From a candidate division WOR-3 bacterium (lineage in GTDB: Bacteria; Hydrothermota; Tepidihabitantia; SM23-42; JAOAFX01): a DNA stretch of 64,000 nucleotides. Shown piece by piece: positions 50,041-58,599 of the stretch. The notes beneath the pieces were generated by a model that did no database searches, was not told where the DNA came from, and worked only from the letters and a program-made list of their open reading frames with translations. Each line of letters starts with the position of its first letter. Position 1 is the stretch's first letter. The translations under genes were made by a program, and so were the position numbers. The stretch covers positions 6,430 through 70,429 of the forward strand of contig JBDRWI010000002.1 in NCBI GenBank assembly GCA_039802265.1, read 5' to 3'.

Positions 50041-50934
50041 GTGAAAATTATGAAGTGGTTTGAGATAGTCTCCCGTATTGATCGAAGGATAATTTACTCT
50101 TTGCTTACAATATTTGTAATTATTCCATTTTTTTTAAAGATTAAAATACCCCAGAACATAATGCCCCAGACTGAACGTTTATTCAAATTTATTGAAGGGA
50201 TTCCACCTAATGATAAGGCGGTAATGCTCTCAATTGACTACACACCCCAGACTATGCCCGAATGTCATCCAATGGCAATCGCCCTGCTCAGACACTGCTT
50301 CAAAAAGGGGATTCCGGTGCTCGGTGTCTCTTTTGACCCTCAGGCACCTGGTCTGGCAGTGGTTGCATTCAATACTGTTGTTGATGAATTCAACCGGCAG
50401 GCGGGAAGCAGGAGTGATTCACTAATTTATGGCCGAGACTATGTGTATCTGGGATGGAAGTCAGGCCGGGTAGCGGCCCTTATTGAAATGGGGGAGGGGA
50501 TAACCGGAGTCTTTCCGAAGGACTACTTTGATAATGCCACCGATACACTAACCTTATTGAAGCGGATAGTCAATTATAAGGATATTGCACTGGTGGTTGT
50601 GTTGGCGGCAGGAGATTATCCACAAGAATGGATTCTATATGCCCAGACAAGGTATGGGGTTAAAATTGGTGCCGGACTAACTGCGGTGATGGCACCTAAG
50701 TACTATCCATTCCTGCAAACCGGGCAGTTTTCGGGTATGATGTCCGGAATGAAAGGCGCCGCTGAATATGAGAATTTGCTCGTAAGATATGGTTATGCTA
50801 CAGAAACGGGTAAGGCGGAGATGGCAATGAATTCCCAGACCCTTGTGCACCTCTTAATAATCTTTCTCATTGTTATTGGAAATATCGGTTATCTTGCTAC
50901 AAGAAAAGAATCGGTTAAAAGGTTAAATGGTTAA
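50041..50934 (+). CDS. Hypothetical membrane protein 'C': N-terminal TM, about 230-aa soluble domain, C-terminal TM. Candidate paralogue of the A cytoplasmic domain.
   Basis: Starts 3 nt after B. TMs 'IIYSLLTIFVIIPFF' and 'LVHLLIIFLIVIGNIGYL'. Segments such as 'RDYVYLGWKSGRVAALIEMGEGITG' and 'VLAAGDYPQEWILYAQ' parallel 'DDYVRYLTESQFGYAGAINGIIL' and 'IAGTDQVLQLPFFVTACDY' in A. Confidence 0.5.
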   Translation: MKIMKWFEIVSRIDRRIIYSLLTIFVIIPFFLKIKIPQNIMPQTERLFKFIEGIPPNDKAVMLSIDYTPQTMPECHPMAIALLRHCFKKGIPVLGVSFDPQAPGLAVVAFNTVVDEFNRQAGSRSDSLIYGRDYVYLGWKSGRVAALIEMGEGITGVFPKDYFDNATDTLTLLKRIVNYKDIALVVVLAAGDYPQEWILYAQTRYGVKIGAGLTAVMAPKYYPFLQTGQFSGMMSGMKGAAEYENLLVRYGYATETGKAEMAMNSQTLVHLLIIFLIVIGNIGYLATRKESVKRLNG

Positions 50935-51009
50935 ATATTCAATTATTCAAAGGGCGTGATATATGACAGAAAAAGAATTTAACCATTTAACTAATTACCA
51001 GTTACCATT

Positions 51010-51630
51010 ATGAGCCCTGATCCCTGGGTCTGGATTGGTGCATTTCTGACCTTGATGATATTCTCATTTCTTTATAAAGACAATCCGCTGTATAAATTCG
51101 CCGAACATCTATTTGTTGGGGTAGCAAATGGTTATTACATTGTTTTTTACTGGCATCAGGCGCTCAAGCCCAATCTCTTGGAACCATTAAAAGAGGGAAA
51201 CTTTTTATATCTCATTCCCTTATTGCTCGGTCTATTATATTTTACAAAATTTATACCCAAGATTTCCTATCTTGTTCGCATTCCTATTGGATTTATGATT
51301 GGTTGGGGTGCCGGTATATCAATTCCAGCAAATCTACAGGGTTTCATCTTCAAACAACTTGAAGGAACGGTAATGACCCCTGTTAGTTTTAGGAGAATTG
51401 GCGAAGGTATATCATCATTGTTAATCCTTTTGGGTGTTATATGTACAGTTATCTATTTCTTCTTCTCCAAAGAACATAAAGGAATTCTTAGGATTGCCTC
51501 CAGGACCGGGATTATCTTTATTATGATTGGATTTGGCGCATCGTTTGGCTATACGGTTATGGCAAGGGTTAGCCTTTTAATTGGAAGGATTCAATTTTTG
51601 TTTGGTAACTGGCTCTGTATAATTCGTTAA
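51010..51630 (+). CDS. Hypothetical polytopic membrane protein 'D' (206 aa). Size- and topology-matched to B.
   Basis: Five to six hydrophobic helices. Same length class as B (207 aa). Confidence 0.5.
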   Translation: MSPDPWVWIGAFLTLMIFSFLYKDNPLYKFAEHLFVGVANGYYIVFYWHQALKPNLLEPLKEGNFLYLIPLLLGLLYFTKFIPKISYLVRIPIGFMIGWGAGISIPANLQGFIFKQLEGTVMTPVSFRRIGEGISSLLILLGVICTVIYFFFSKEHKGILRIASRTGIIFIMIGFGASFGYTVMARVSLLIGRIQFLFGNWLCIIR

Positions 51631-51644
51631 TTGAAAGGAGTACA

Positions 51645-52838
51645 ATGAAGAGCAAAGAGCATATTAAAATTATTAACAGATATAGTGCTAAAAATTATCT
51701 ACCCCTGCCTGTTGTCTTAAAAAGGGGAAGGGGAGTATGGGTCTGGGATGTTGAGGGAAAGAAATATCTTGATATGCTCAGTGCCTACTCAGCATTGAAT
51801 CAAGGGCATTGCCATCCTAAGATTTTAAGTGCCTTAAATAGGCAGGCTAAAACTTTGACCCTTACATCAAGGGCATTCCATAATGACCAGTTTGGACCCT
51901 TTTTAAAAAAACTCTGTAAGATTACCGGCTACCCGAGGGCTTTACCGATGAACTCAGGAGCTGAGGCAGTGGAAACCGCGATTAAGGCAGCACGAAAGTG
52001 GGGATATTATAAGAAAAAGGTGAAAGAAGATAGGGCAGAGATAATAGTGTGTGAAAACAATTTCCATGGTCGGACAACGACTATTGTGGGTTTTTCTACT
52101 GAAAAACAGTATCGCGCTGGATTTGGTCCTTTTACCCCCGGATTTAAGGTCATTCCCTATAATGACCCTAAGGCATTAGAGGATGCGATTACCGAGAATA
52201 CTGTTGGTTTTCTGGTGGAACCAATCCAGGGTGAAGGTGGGGTAATTGTTCCGGATGACGATTATTTAGTGCATTGTTTCCAAATCTGCAAGAAAAATAA
52301 TGTTTTATTGATTCTTGATGAAATCCAGACCGGGTTGGGCAGGACCGGCAAATTGTTTGCATATCAATATAGTGATATAAAACCGGATATATTGATTGTG
52401 GGGAAGGCATTGAGTGGTGGATTTTACCCGATTTCGGCAATCTTGGCTGACAATGAAATAATGGATGTCTTTAAACCCGGAGACCATGGCTCAACATTCG
52501 GTGGAAATCCCCTTGCCTGTGCGATTGGGATTGCAGCACTTGATGTAATTATTGAAGAGGGACTTCCTGAAAATGCCCAAAGACTGGGTGTTTGGTTTTT
52601 GAATGAGTTGAAGAAGATAGAAAGTCCAGTGATTAAAGAGGTAAGAGGCAAGGGTTTGTTGATTGGAGTGGAGTTGCGGGTGAAGGCACGCCGTTTCTGC
52701 GAGGAACTATTGGAGAATAGAATTCTTGCCAAGGAGACCCACGAGTATGTGGTTCGTTTTGCCCCACCACTGGTGATTACAGAAAAAGAATTAATTTGGG
52801 CACTCAAAAGGATAAAGAAAGTCTTTCAGGGGTGTTGA
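51645..52838 (+). CDS. rocD: Ornithine aminotransferase (class-III PLP aminotransferase).
   Basis: Near-collinear with B. subtilis RocD: 'NYLPLPVVLKRGRGVWVWDVEGKKYLDMLSAYSALNQGHCHPKI', 'DEIQTGLGRTGK', 'GKALSGG'. Confidence 0.85.
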   Translation: MKSKEHIKIINRYSAKNYLPLPVVLKRGRGVWVWDVEGKKYLDMLSAYSALNQGHCHPKILSALNRQAKTLTLTSRAFHNDQFGPFLKKLCKITGYPRALPMNSGAEAVETAIKAARKWGYYKKKVKEDRAEIIVCENNFHGRTTTIVGFSTEKQYRAGFGPFTPGFKVIPYNDPKALEDAITENTVGFLVEPIQGEGGVIVPDDDYLVHCFQICKKNNVLLILDEIQTGLGRTGKLFAYQYSDIKPDILIVGKALSGGFYPISAILADNEIMDVFKPGDHGSTFGGNPLACAIGIAALDVIIEEGLPENAQRLGVWFLNELKKIESPVIKEVRGKGLLIGVELRVKARRFCEELLENRILAKETHEYVVRFAPPLVITEKELIWALKRIKKVFQGC

Positions 52839-52977
52839 CAAAGATGTAAAGTCTATTATAATTAGGCATCAAAAAGATAGTTTGTGGGTTTGGGTTGAGA
52901 AGCTGGTTTTATAGCAAAGGGCAATAAACCATTAACGAAACGAGCATCCTGACCCATAAACTATAAACTATCTTTTA

Positions 52978-53051
52978 GCGCCTGTAGCTCAACTGGATAG
53001 AGCGACGGACTACGAATCCGTAGGCTGGGTGTTCAAGTCACCCCAGGCGCA
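52978..53051 (+). tRNA. tRNA-Arg (anticodon ACG).
   Basis: Acceptor GCGCCTG/CAGGCGC. D-arm GCTC-AACTGGATA-GAGC. Anticodon stem ACGGA/TCCGT with loop CTACGAA. T-arm GGGTG-TTCAAGT-CACCC. Confidence 0.85.
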
Positions 53052-53109
53052 AGTAGATTTTTCTTCTCCCATAGGGGGAGGAGGATTTAAGAGATTTAAG
53101 GAGGTTTAA

Positions 53110-53742
53110 ATGGTTGAAGGAATGGAAAAAAGATTGAACAGCGGGGAAGTACTGTTTAATGAAGGAGATAAGGGTGATGTGATGTATCTCATAAAAGAAG
53201 GGCAGATAAAGATTACCAAGGGTAGAGGTCCTGATGAGCGGGTTCTGGCAGTATTAAAAGAGGGAGATTTCTTTGGTGAAATGGCAATAATTGATGGTTC
53301 TCCCCGTTCGGCAACCGCGACTGCGGTAGTTCCAACTTCTCTTTTGATAATTGATAAAGAGACATTCAAGGCAAAGATTCGGGAGAATCCACTCATTGAA
53401 TATATCTTGGAGACACTCACAAAGAGATTAAGGAATGCTGATGAGCAGATTAAACTCCTTACCATAAAGAGTGAAGAGCGCCGGGTTGTTGCCTACATCA
53501 TCACCAAGGCAAAGGAAAGTGGTAAGAGTGTGCCGGAAGGTATTGAAATAGCACCATTCTCTTTTGACCAGATGGCTTATACCACCGGAATAGAGGTCAA
53601 TAAGATAAAGGATTATGTTAATAGACTTGCGCAGGTAAATCTGGTTAATTTGAAGGGAGATGCCCTTATTGTCAGGGGGATTGCAGACCTGGATGACTAT
53701 CTACGCTACATTGCCTTGAAGGAGAAGTTTGAGAAACTGTAA
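53110..53742 (+). CDS. Crp/Fnr-family transcriptional regulator (cNMP-binding domain plus a C-terminal HTH).
   Basis: SD 'AAGGAGG'. 'GDKGDVMYLIKEGQIKI...GDFFGEMAII' cNMP-binding beta-roll. C-terminal HTH 'FSFDQMAYTTGIEVNKIKDYVNRL'. Confidence 0.8.
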   Translation: MVEGMEKRLNSGEVLFNEGDKGDVMYLIKEGQIKITKGRGPDERVLAVLKEGDFFGEMAIIDGSPRSATATAVVPTSLLIIDKETFKAKIRENPLIEYILETLTKRLRNADEQIKLLTIKSEERRVVAYIITKAKESGKSVPEGIEIAPFSFDQMAYTTGIEVNKIKDYVNRLAQVNLVNLKGDALIVRGIADLDDYLRYIALKEKFEKL

Positions 53743-53754
53743 TTAAAAATATAT

Positions 53755-54822
53755 ATGGCAGTAGATACAAATTCACGAAAGACACTGGAGATAGAATTAG
53801 AGAAATTGAGCCATCTGCTTGGTTCTGATAAAATCCTGAAAAATCCCAATGAATATGCGCGCCTCTCGCGACAATTTAAAAAGACTCAACAGATCCTCCA
53901 GAAATATGAAGCATACGAGCGGATATTAAAGGAGATTAGAGACACTGAAGAGATTTTAAAACAGCCCAATCCCGAATTGCGAGAACTTGCCGAAATGGAG
54001 CTCGCCAATCTGAAAAAAAAACTTGATGAGATTGAATTTCAAATATATCAATTATCAAATCCCCGCTATGATGAATATCAGAAGAATTGTATCATTGAGA
54101 TTCGCGCCGGAGCAGGTGGTGATGAGGCAACCTTATTTGCGGCTGATTTATTCAGGATGTATGTGAAGTACCTTGAGAAGAAGGGATTGAAATATGAAGT
54201 CCTTTCTTCCCACCCGAGCGAGATAGGTGGTTATAAAGAGATTATCTTTCAGGTATCAGGTGATAGTGCGTATGGCACATTTCGCTTTGAAAGCGGTGTG
54301 CATCGTGTCCAGCGGATTCCCACCACTGAAGCCAGCGGCAGAATCCATACCTCCACCGTAACCATTGCAGTCTTACCCGAAATTGAGGAATCGCAGATTT
54401 CTATCTCTCCTGATGACCTCAAAATAGACACATTTCGGGCTGGCGGTCACGGAGGGCAGAATGTAAATAAGGTATCATCTGCGGTTCGGATTACACACCT
54501 TCCCACCGGTATTGTCGTTACCTGCCAGGATGAAAGGTCTCAATACCAGAATCGGGAAAAGGCAATGAGAATTTTGCGGGCGCGACTTGCTGCAATTGAG
54601 AGTGCAAAGAAGGAAGAGGAAATATCACGAAAACGGCGCAACCAGATTGGCACCGGTGAGCGCAGTGAAAAAATAAGGACCTATAACTTTCCGCAGAATC
54701 GCGTGACCGACCATCGAGCAGGAATTACCCTCTACAATTTACAGAATATTATGGATGGAGAGCTTGACCATTTAATTGAGGCATTAGTTAAATATGAGAG
54801 AGACAGTCAGAGAAATCTGTGA
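53755..54822 (+). CDS. prfA: Peptide chain release factor 1.
   Basis: GGQ motif '[10 protein letters not shown]'. RF1-type tripeptide region '[14 protein letters not shown]' (a PxT-class motif rather than RF2 SPF). Confidence 0.9.
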   Translation: MAVDTNSRKTLEIELEKLSHLLGSDKILKNPNEYARLSRQFKKTQQILQKYEAYERILKEIRDTEEILKQPNPELRELAEMELANLKKKLDEIEFQIYQLSNPRYDEYQKNCIIEIRAGAGGDEATLFAADLFRMYVKYLEKKGLKYEVLSSHPSEIGGYKEIIFQVSGDSAYGTFRFESGVHRVQRIPTTEASGRIHTSTVTIAVLPEIEESQISISPDDLKIDTFRAGGHGGQNVNKVSSAVRITHLPTGIVVTCQDERSQYQNREKAMRILRARLAAIESAKKEEEISRKRRNQIGTGERSEKIRTYNFPQNRVTDHRAGITLYNLQNIMDGELDHLIEALVKYERDSQRNL

Positions 54823-55609
54823 AGAACTGAACATCACCCAAAACGAAGCGGAACTCATTCTCTCAACCATTCTCGAAAGACCAAGGTTTGAAATATATCT
54901 TACCGGAGGACTGGATGAGAATCAGAAAAAAATTCTCAGATTGAGACTGACCCAGTTGAAAAATGGGGTACCGATTGAATATATCACCAAAAAGGTTCAG
55001 TTTCTTTCGTACCGGCTTGCGGTCTACCCGGGTGTTTTTATCCCCAGACTGGAGACTGAATATTTTGTTGAACTTATTTTTAAATTAATCAATTGTCCGG
55101 TAGAAAGAATCCTGGAAATTGGAACAGGCTGCGGTGCAATTGCAATAGCCCTTGCTGACTTCTTCACCAAAGCAATGGTCTTTGCTACTGATATATCCTA
55201 TCTTGCGCTGAAAAATGCCCGGGAAAATATTACACTTTTTAATCTCACTAACCGAATCCATCTTCTCGGTGCCGACCTCTTTGCACCAATCAAAGGTAAT
55301 TTTGACCTGATTGTCTCCAATCCTCCTTATGTTCCCTGCGAGCGCTTCAATCTCCTGCCTAAAAGTGTTCGGGAATTTGAACCCAGGAAGGCGATTGATG
55401 GTGGCAATAAGGGTGTCCAGATAATCAAAAGGATAATTGACTACAGCAGTGAGTTTATTAATGAGGATGGGCTTGTTGCCCTTGAGATTGAGGAGGAACA
55501 GGTCCCATACTTAACCACCTACATTAAGGAGAAAGGACTTACTTTTATCTTCAAAAAGGACCTTTTTGACCGGTATCGTTATCTATTCATTGGCAATTCT
55601 GTTTTATAG
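54794..55609 (+). CDS. prmC: Release-factor glutamine N5-methyltransferase.
   Basis: '[13 protein letters not shown]' SAM-binding site. 'IVSNPPYV' NPPY substrate motif. Position right after prfA. Confidence 0.85.
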   Translation: MRETVREICEELNITQNEAELILSTILERPRFEIYLTGGLDENQKKILRLRLTQLKNGVPIEYITKKVQFLSYRLAVYPGVFIPRLETEYFVELIFKLINCPVERILEIGTGCGAIAIALADFFTKAMVFATDISYLALKNARENITLFNLTNRIHLLGADLFAPIKGNFDLIVSNPPYVPCERFNLLPKSVREFEPRKAIDGGNKGVQIIKRIIDYSSEFINEDGLVALEIEEEQVPYLTTYIKEKGLTFIFKKDLFDRYRYLFIGNSVL

Positions 55610-55614
55610 ACCTA

Positions 55615-56397
55615 ATGGAAAAAGTCAAAGTCGTAATCAATAGAAAGAAAGAGGAATCAAGAAAACATTTAAGATTACTACAAAAGGTTCTGAAAGAGAA
55701 ACATTTCAAAATCTCTGCAAATCCTGACTTTGTGATTGCACTTGGAGGTGATGGAACCCTGCTTGCAGCAGCATTCCTTTATGGCAGAAAGGGAATTCCT
55801 ATCCTGGGTGTAAACTCTGGTGGTTTGGGGTTTCTTACCGATGTCCAATTTTCTCAGGTTGATCGCGCTCTGGATATGATTAAAAATGGGAAATATTACA
55901 TAGAAAAGAGAATGGTAATTGAAGCACATTATGGCAGAATTAAACTTTACGCCCTTAATGACCTCACAATCTGCACGCACATTCCCGGAAGGGTAGTTGA
56001 ATTTTCCGCAAGCATAGATGGCGAATACCTATGCCGTTTTGTTGCGGATGGAATTATCGTTGCCACGCCCACTGGTTCAACTGCCTATTCACTGGCTACC
56101 GGTGGACCGATATTGCTCCCTACCACCGAGGCTTTCGTGCTTACCCCGATTTCACCCCACACCCTTTCTGTTCGGCCAATGGTTTTACCCAAGGAGGCGA
56201 AAATTGAGATACAGACGGGAAAGAAGGGCAGGGGAATCCTTGTTGCTGATGGTCAGCGGAGCAGATTAATTAAAAAAAGTGGCAGGATTTTATTCAAAAA
56301 GGCAAGCCATTATGTCCATCTTATAAAACCGAGGGGTACAACATTTTTCAATACACTGCGTGAGAAGATGAAATGGGGTGGCAGGGAAGATGCTTAA
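55615..56397 (+). CDS. nadK: NAD+ kinase.
   Basis: 'GGDGTLL' and 'NDLTI' motifs. About 260 aa. Confidence 0.85.
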   Translation: MEKVKVVINRKKEESRKHLRLLQKVLKEKHFKISANPDFVIALGGDGTLLAAAFLYGRKGIPILGVNSGGLGFLTDVQFSQVDRALDMIKNGKYYIEKRMVIEAHYGRIKLYALNDLTICTHIPGRVVEFSASIDGEYLCRFVADGIIVATPTGSTAYSLATGGPILLPTTEAFVLTPISPHTLSVRPMVLPKEAKIEIQTGKKGRGILVADGQRSRLIKKSGRILFKKASHYVHLIKPRGTTFFNTLREKMKWGGREDA

Positions 56398-58051
56398 GTT
56401 TTTAAGCGTTAAAAATTTTGCTTTAATGGATGAACTGTCCCTTGATTTTGATAACGGTCTCACAATTATTACTGGCGAGACCGGTGCGGGCAAGTCTATG
56501 ATTGTAGAGGCAATAGGGGCACTGTGTGGTGAAAAGATTGATGACATTGCAATCAGAAGCGGGAAGGATTTTGCTGAGATCGCCGGAGTATTCCAGCCAT
56601 CAGATGAACTTATCACGATTCTAAGAAATTCGGGTATAGAGTTAGGGGACGAACTGATTATTAAAAGAAAAATACAACGGGGGAAAAAGCAGGTTTCTTA
56701 CATCAATGACCAGATTGTGAGTATAAATCTTTTAAAAGACATAACCCGAAATTTGATTGACCTGGTGGGTCAGCATGAGAATCAGTCTTTATTTAATCCA
56801 GCAAATCACCTTGAATTGCTTGACCGGTTTGCGGGAATTGAGAAATTAAAGAGTGAATATAGAAAAAATTTTTTAGAGTATATAAATTTAAAAAAGCGGT
56901 ATGAAGAATTGCAGAATAACCTTAAAGAGAAAAGTGAGCGGATAGAATTTATTAAATATGAAATTGATGAAATCACCCGGGCAGAATTGAAAATAGGTGA
57001 AGAAGAGGAATTGAATATGCAGAAAAATTTACTCTCAACAAAAGAGAAACGGCTTGCGCTGGTAAATCAGATTATATTTTTATTGTATGAATCAGAAACC
57101 GGTGTTTATGGCAACTTATCCAGGGTAGATAGGCTTTTTGGTGAACTTATCCAACTTGACCCAACACTGAATAACCTTGCCGCTGATGTTGAATCTGCCA
57201 CTGAACGTATTGGCGAAATCTACCGGCAGATGATAGATTATCGTGAAGGAATCAATTTCAGCGAAGAGAAGATGGAGGAGATTCTTACCCGGCTTGATTT
57301 AATAAACCGTCTTAAAAAAAAGTACAAGAGGGATGTCGGGGGGATTATCAATTATCTGCAACAGATAAAAGATGAATTGGCGCAGAGTACAGTTAGTGAA
57401 GACCAACTGAAACAAATCAGGGAACAGATTACCCAATCTGAAACAAAGGTTCAGAGACAGGCCGAAGAACTTTCATCAAAAAGGAAAAGTGGCGCCCAAA
57501 AAATGACAAAGGAGATTTTACAGGTGCTTAAGAGATTAGGTATGGAGAAGGCAAAGTTTGAAGTAAGATTTGAAAAGAAGGAATTAGCTGAAGATGGTTT
57601 TGATTCGGCAGAATTTTACATTTCAACAAATCCAGGTGAGGAATTAAAGCCCTTACGCAAGATCGGTTCGGGTGGGGAAATCTCAAGGATTATTCTGGGG
57701 TTGAAGACAATCCTTTCGGAAATAGATAGGATACCAATCTTAATCTTTGACGAGGTTGATACTGGCATTGGTGGCAGGATTGCCGAGGCTGTTGGTGAAC
57801 TTCTCCTGGAGGTGAGTAAGAAACATCAAATTATCTGTATCACGCATCTCCCGCAGATTTCGGTATTTGGTCAGAGTCACATCTTGGTAAAAAAAGAGAT
57901 AAAAGACCGCTCAACATTTATTAGGGTTTTGAAACTTGACCAAGAATCAAGAAAGATGGAGATTGCCCGGATGCTTGCCGGGAAAGAAATTACGGAAAAG
58001 GTTGTCCAGCATGCTGAGGAGATGCTAAAGAAAGTAAAAGTTAATGAATAA
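56378..58051 (+). CDS. recN: DNA repair protein RecN.
   Basis: 'MLKFLSVKNFALMDELSLDFDNGLTIITGETGAGKSMI' (Walker A). Long coiled-coil. C-terminal 'LIFDEVDTGIGG' Walker B/D-loop. Confidence 0.9.
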   Translation: MAGKMLKFLSVKNFALMDELSLDFDNGLTIITGETGAGKSMIVEAIGALCGEKIDDIAIRSGKDFAEIAGVFQPSDELITILRNSGIELGDELIIKRKIQRGKKQVSYINDQIVSINLLKDITRNLIDLVGQHENQSLFNPANHLELLDRFAGIEKLKSEYRKNFLEYINLKKRYEELQNNLKEKSERIEFIKYEIDEITRAELKIGEEEELNMQKNLLSTKEKRLALVNQIIFLLYESETGVYGNLSRVDRLFGELIQLDPTLNNLAADVESATERIGEIYRQMIDYREGINFSEEKMEEILTRLDLINRLKKKYKRDVGGIINYLQQIKDELAQSTVSEDQLKQIREQITQSETKVQRQAEELSSKRKSGAQKMTKEILQVLKRLGMEKAKFEVRFEKKELAEDGFDSAEFYISTNPGEELKPLRKIGSGGEISRIILGLKTILSEIDRIPILIFDEVDTGIGGRIAEAVGELLLEVSKKHQIICITHLPQISVFGQSHILVKKEIKDRSTFIRVLKLDQESRKMEIARMLAGKEITEKVVQHAEEMLKKVKVNE

Positions 58052-58568
58052 AAATTTTACCGTATCCAACATCATTACCATCAGTCGGCTGGTATTACTG
58101 CCATTTATTGTTATATTTTTACTCAACGAAATGCGCTTGGGGGCGTTTATCCTTATGGTGCTTGCCCTTATCTCCGATGTTATTGATGGCTATTTTGCCC
58201 GAATTTTACATCAGGAGACGGAACTTGGTAGATTACTTGACCCCCTATGTGATAAACTCTCTCTATTAGTTATTTTGATAACCCTGCTTTTGATAAATGC
58301 AATTCCATTATGGGCAGTTGTCATCATTATTATGCGGGACATCTTGATCATCGTTGGCAGTTTTGTCCTTTTCAAACGCCGCTCGGTAATATACAAATCA
58401 AATATCTTTGGGAAAATAACCGGTTTCCTTTTTGGAGCAATGATTCTTGCCTTTACCCTGAACTTATCTAAATGGGGTATGTTCTTTTTATACTTTTCAA
58501 TTCCTGCAATGACTGGTGCCTTTATTACTTATCTCGTGCGATTTTTAAAGGCAATCCGGGCGGCTTAA
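58044..58568 (+). CDS. CDP-alcohol phosphatidyltransferase family protein.
   Basis: Exact family motif D-G-x2-A-R-x8-G-x3-D-x3-D in 'DGYFARILHQETELGRLLDPLCD'. Multi-TM. Confidence 0.8.
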   Translation: MNKNFTVSNIITISRLVLLPFIVIFLLNEMRLGAFILMVLALISDVIDGYFARILHQETELGRLLDPLCDKLSLLVILITLLLINAIPLWAVVIIIMRDILIIVGSFVLFKRRSVIYKSNIFGKITGFLFGAMILAFTLNLSKWGMFFLYFSIPAMTGAFITYLVRFLKAIRAA

Positions 58569-58599
58569 AGGAATTACCCTGTTTCTTTTTCTGATCTTT

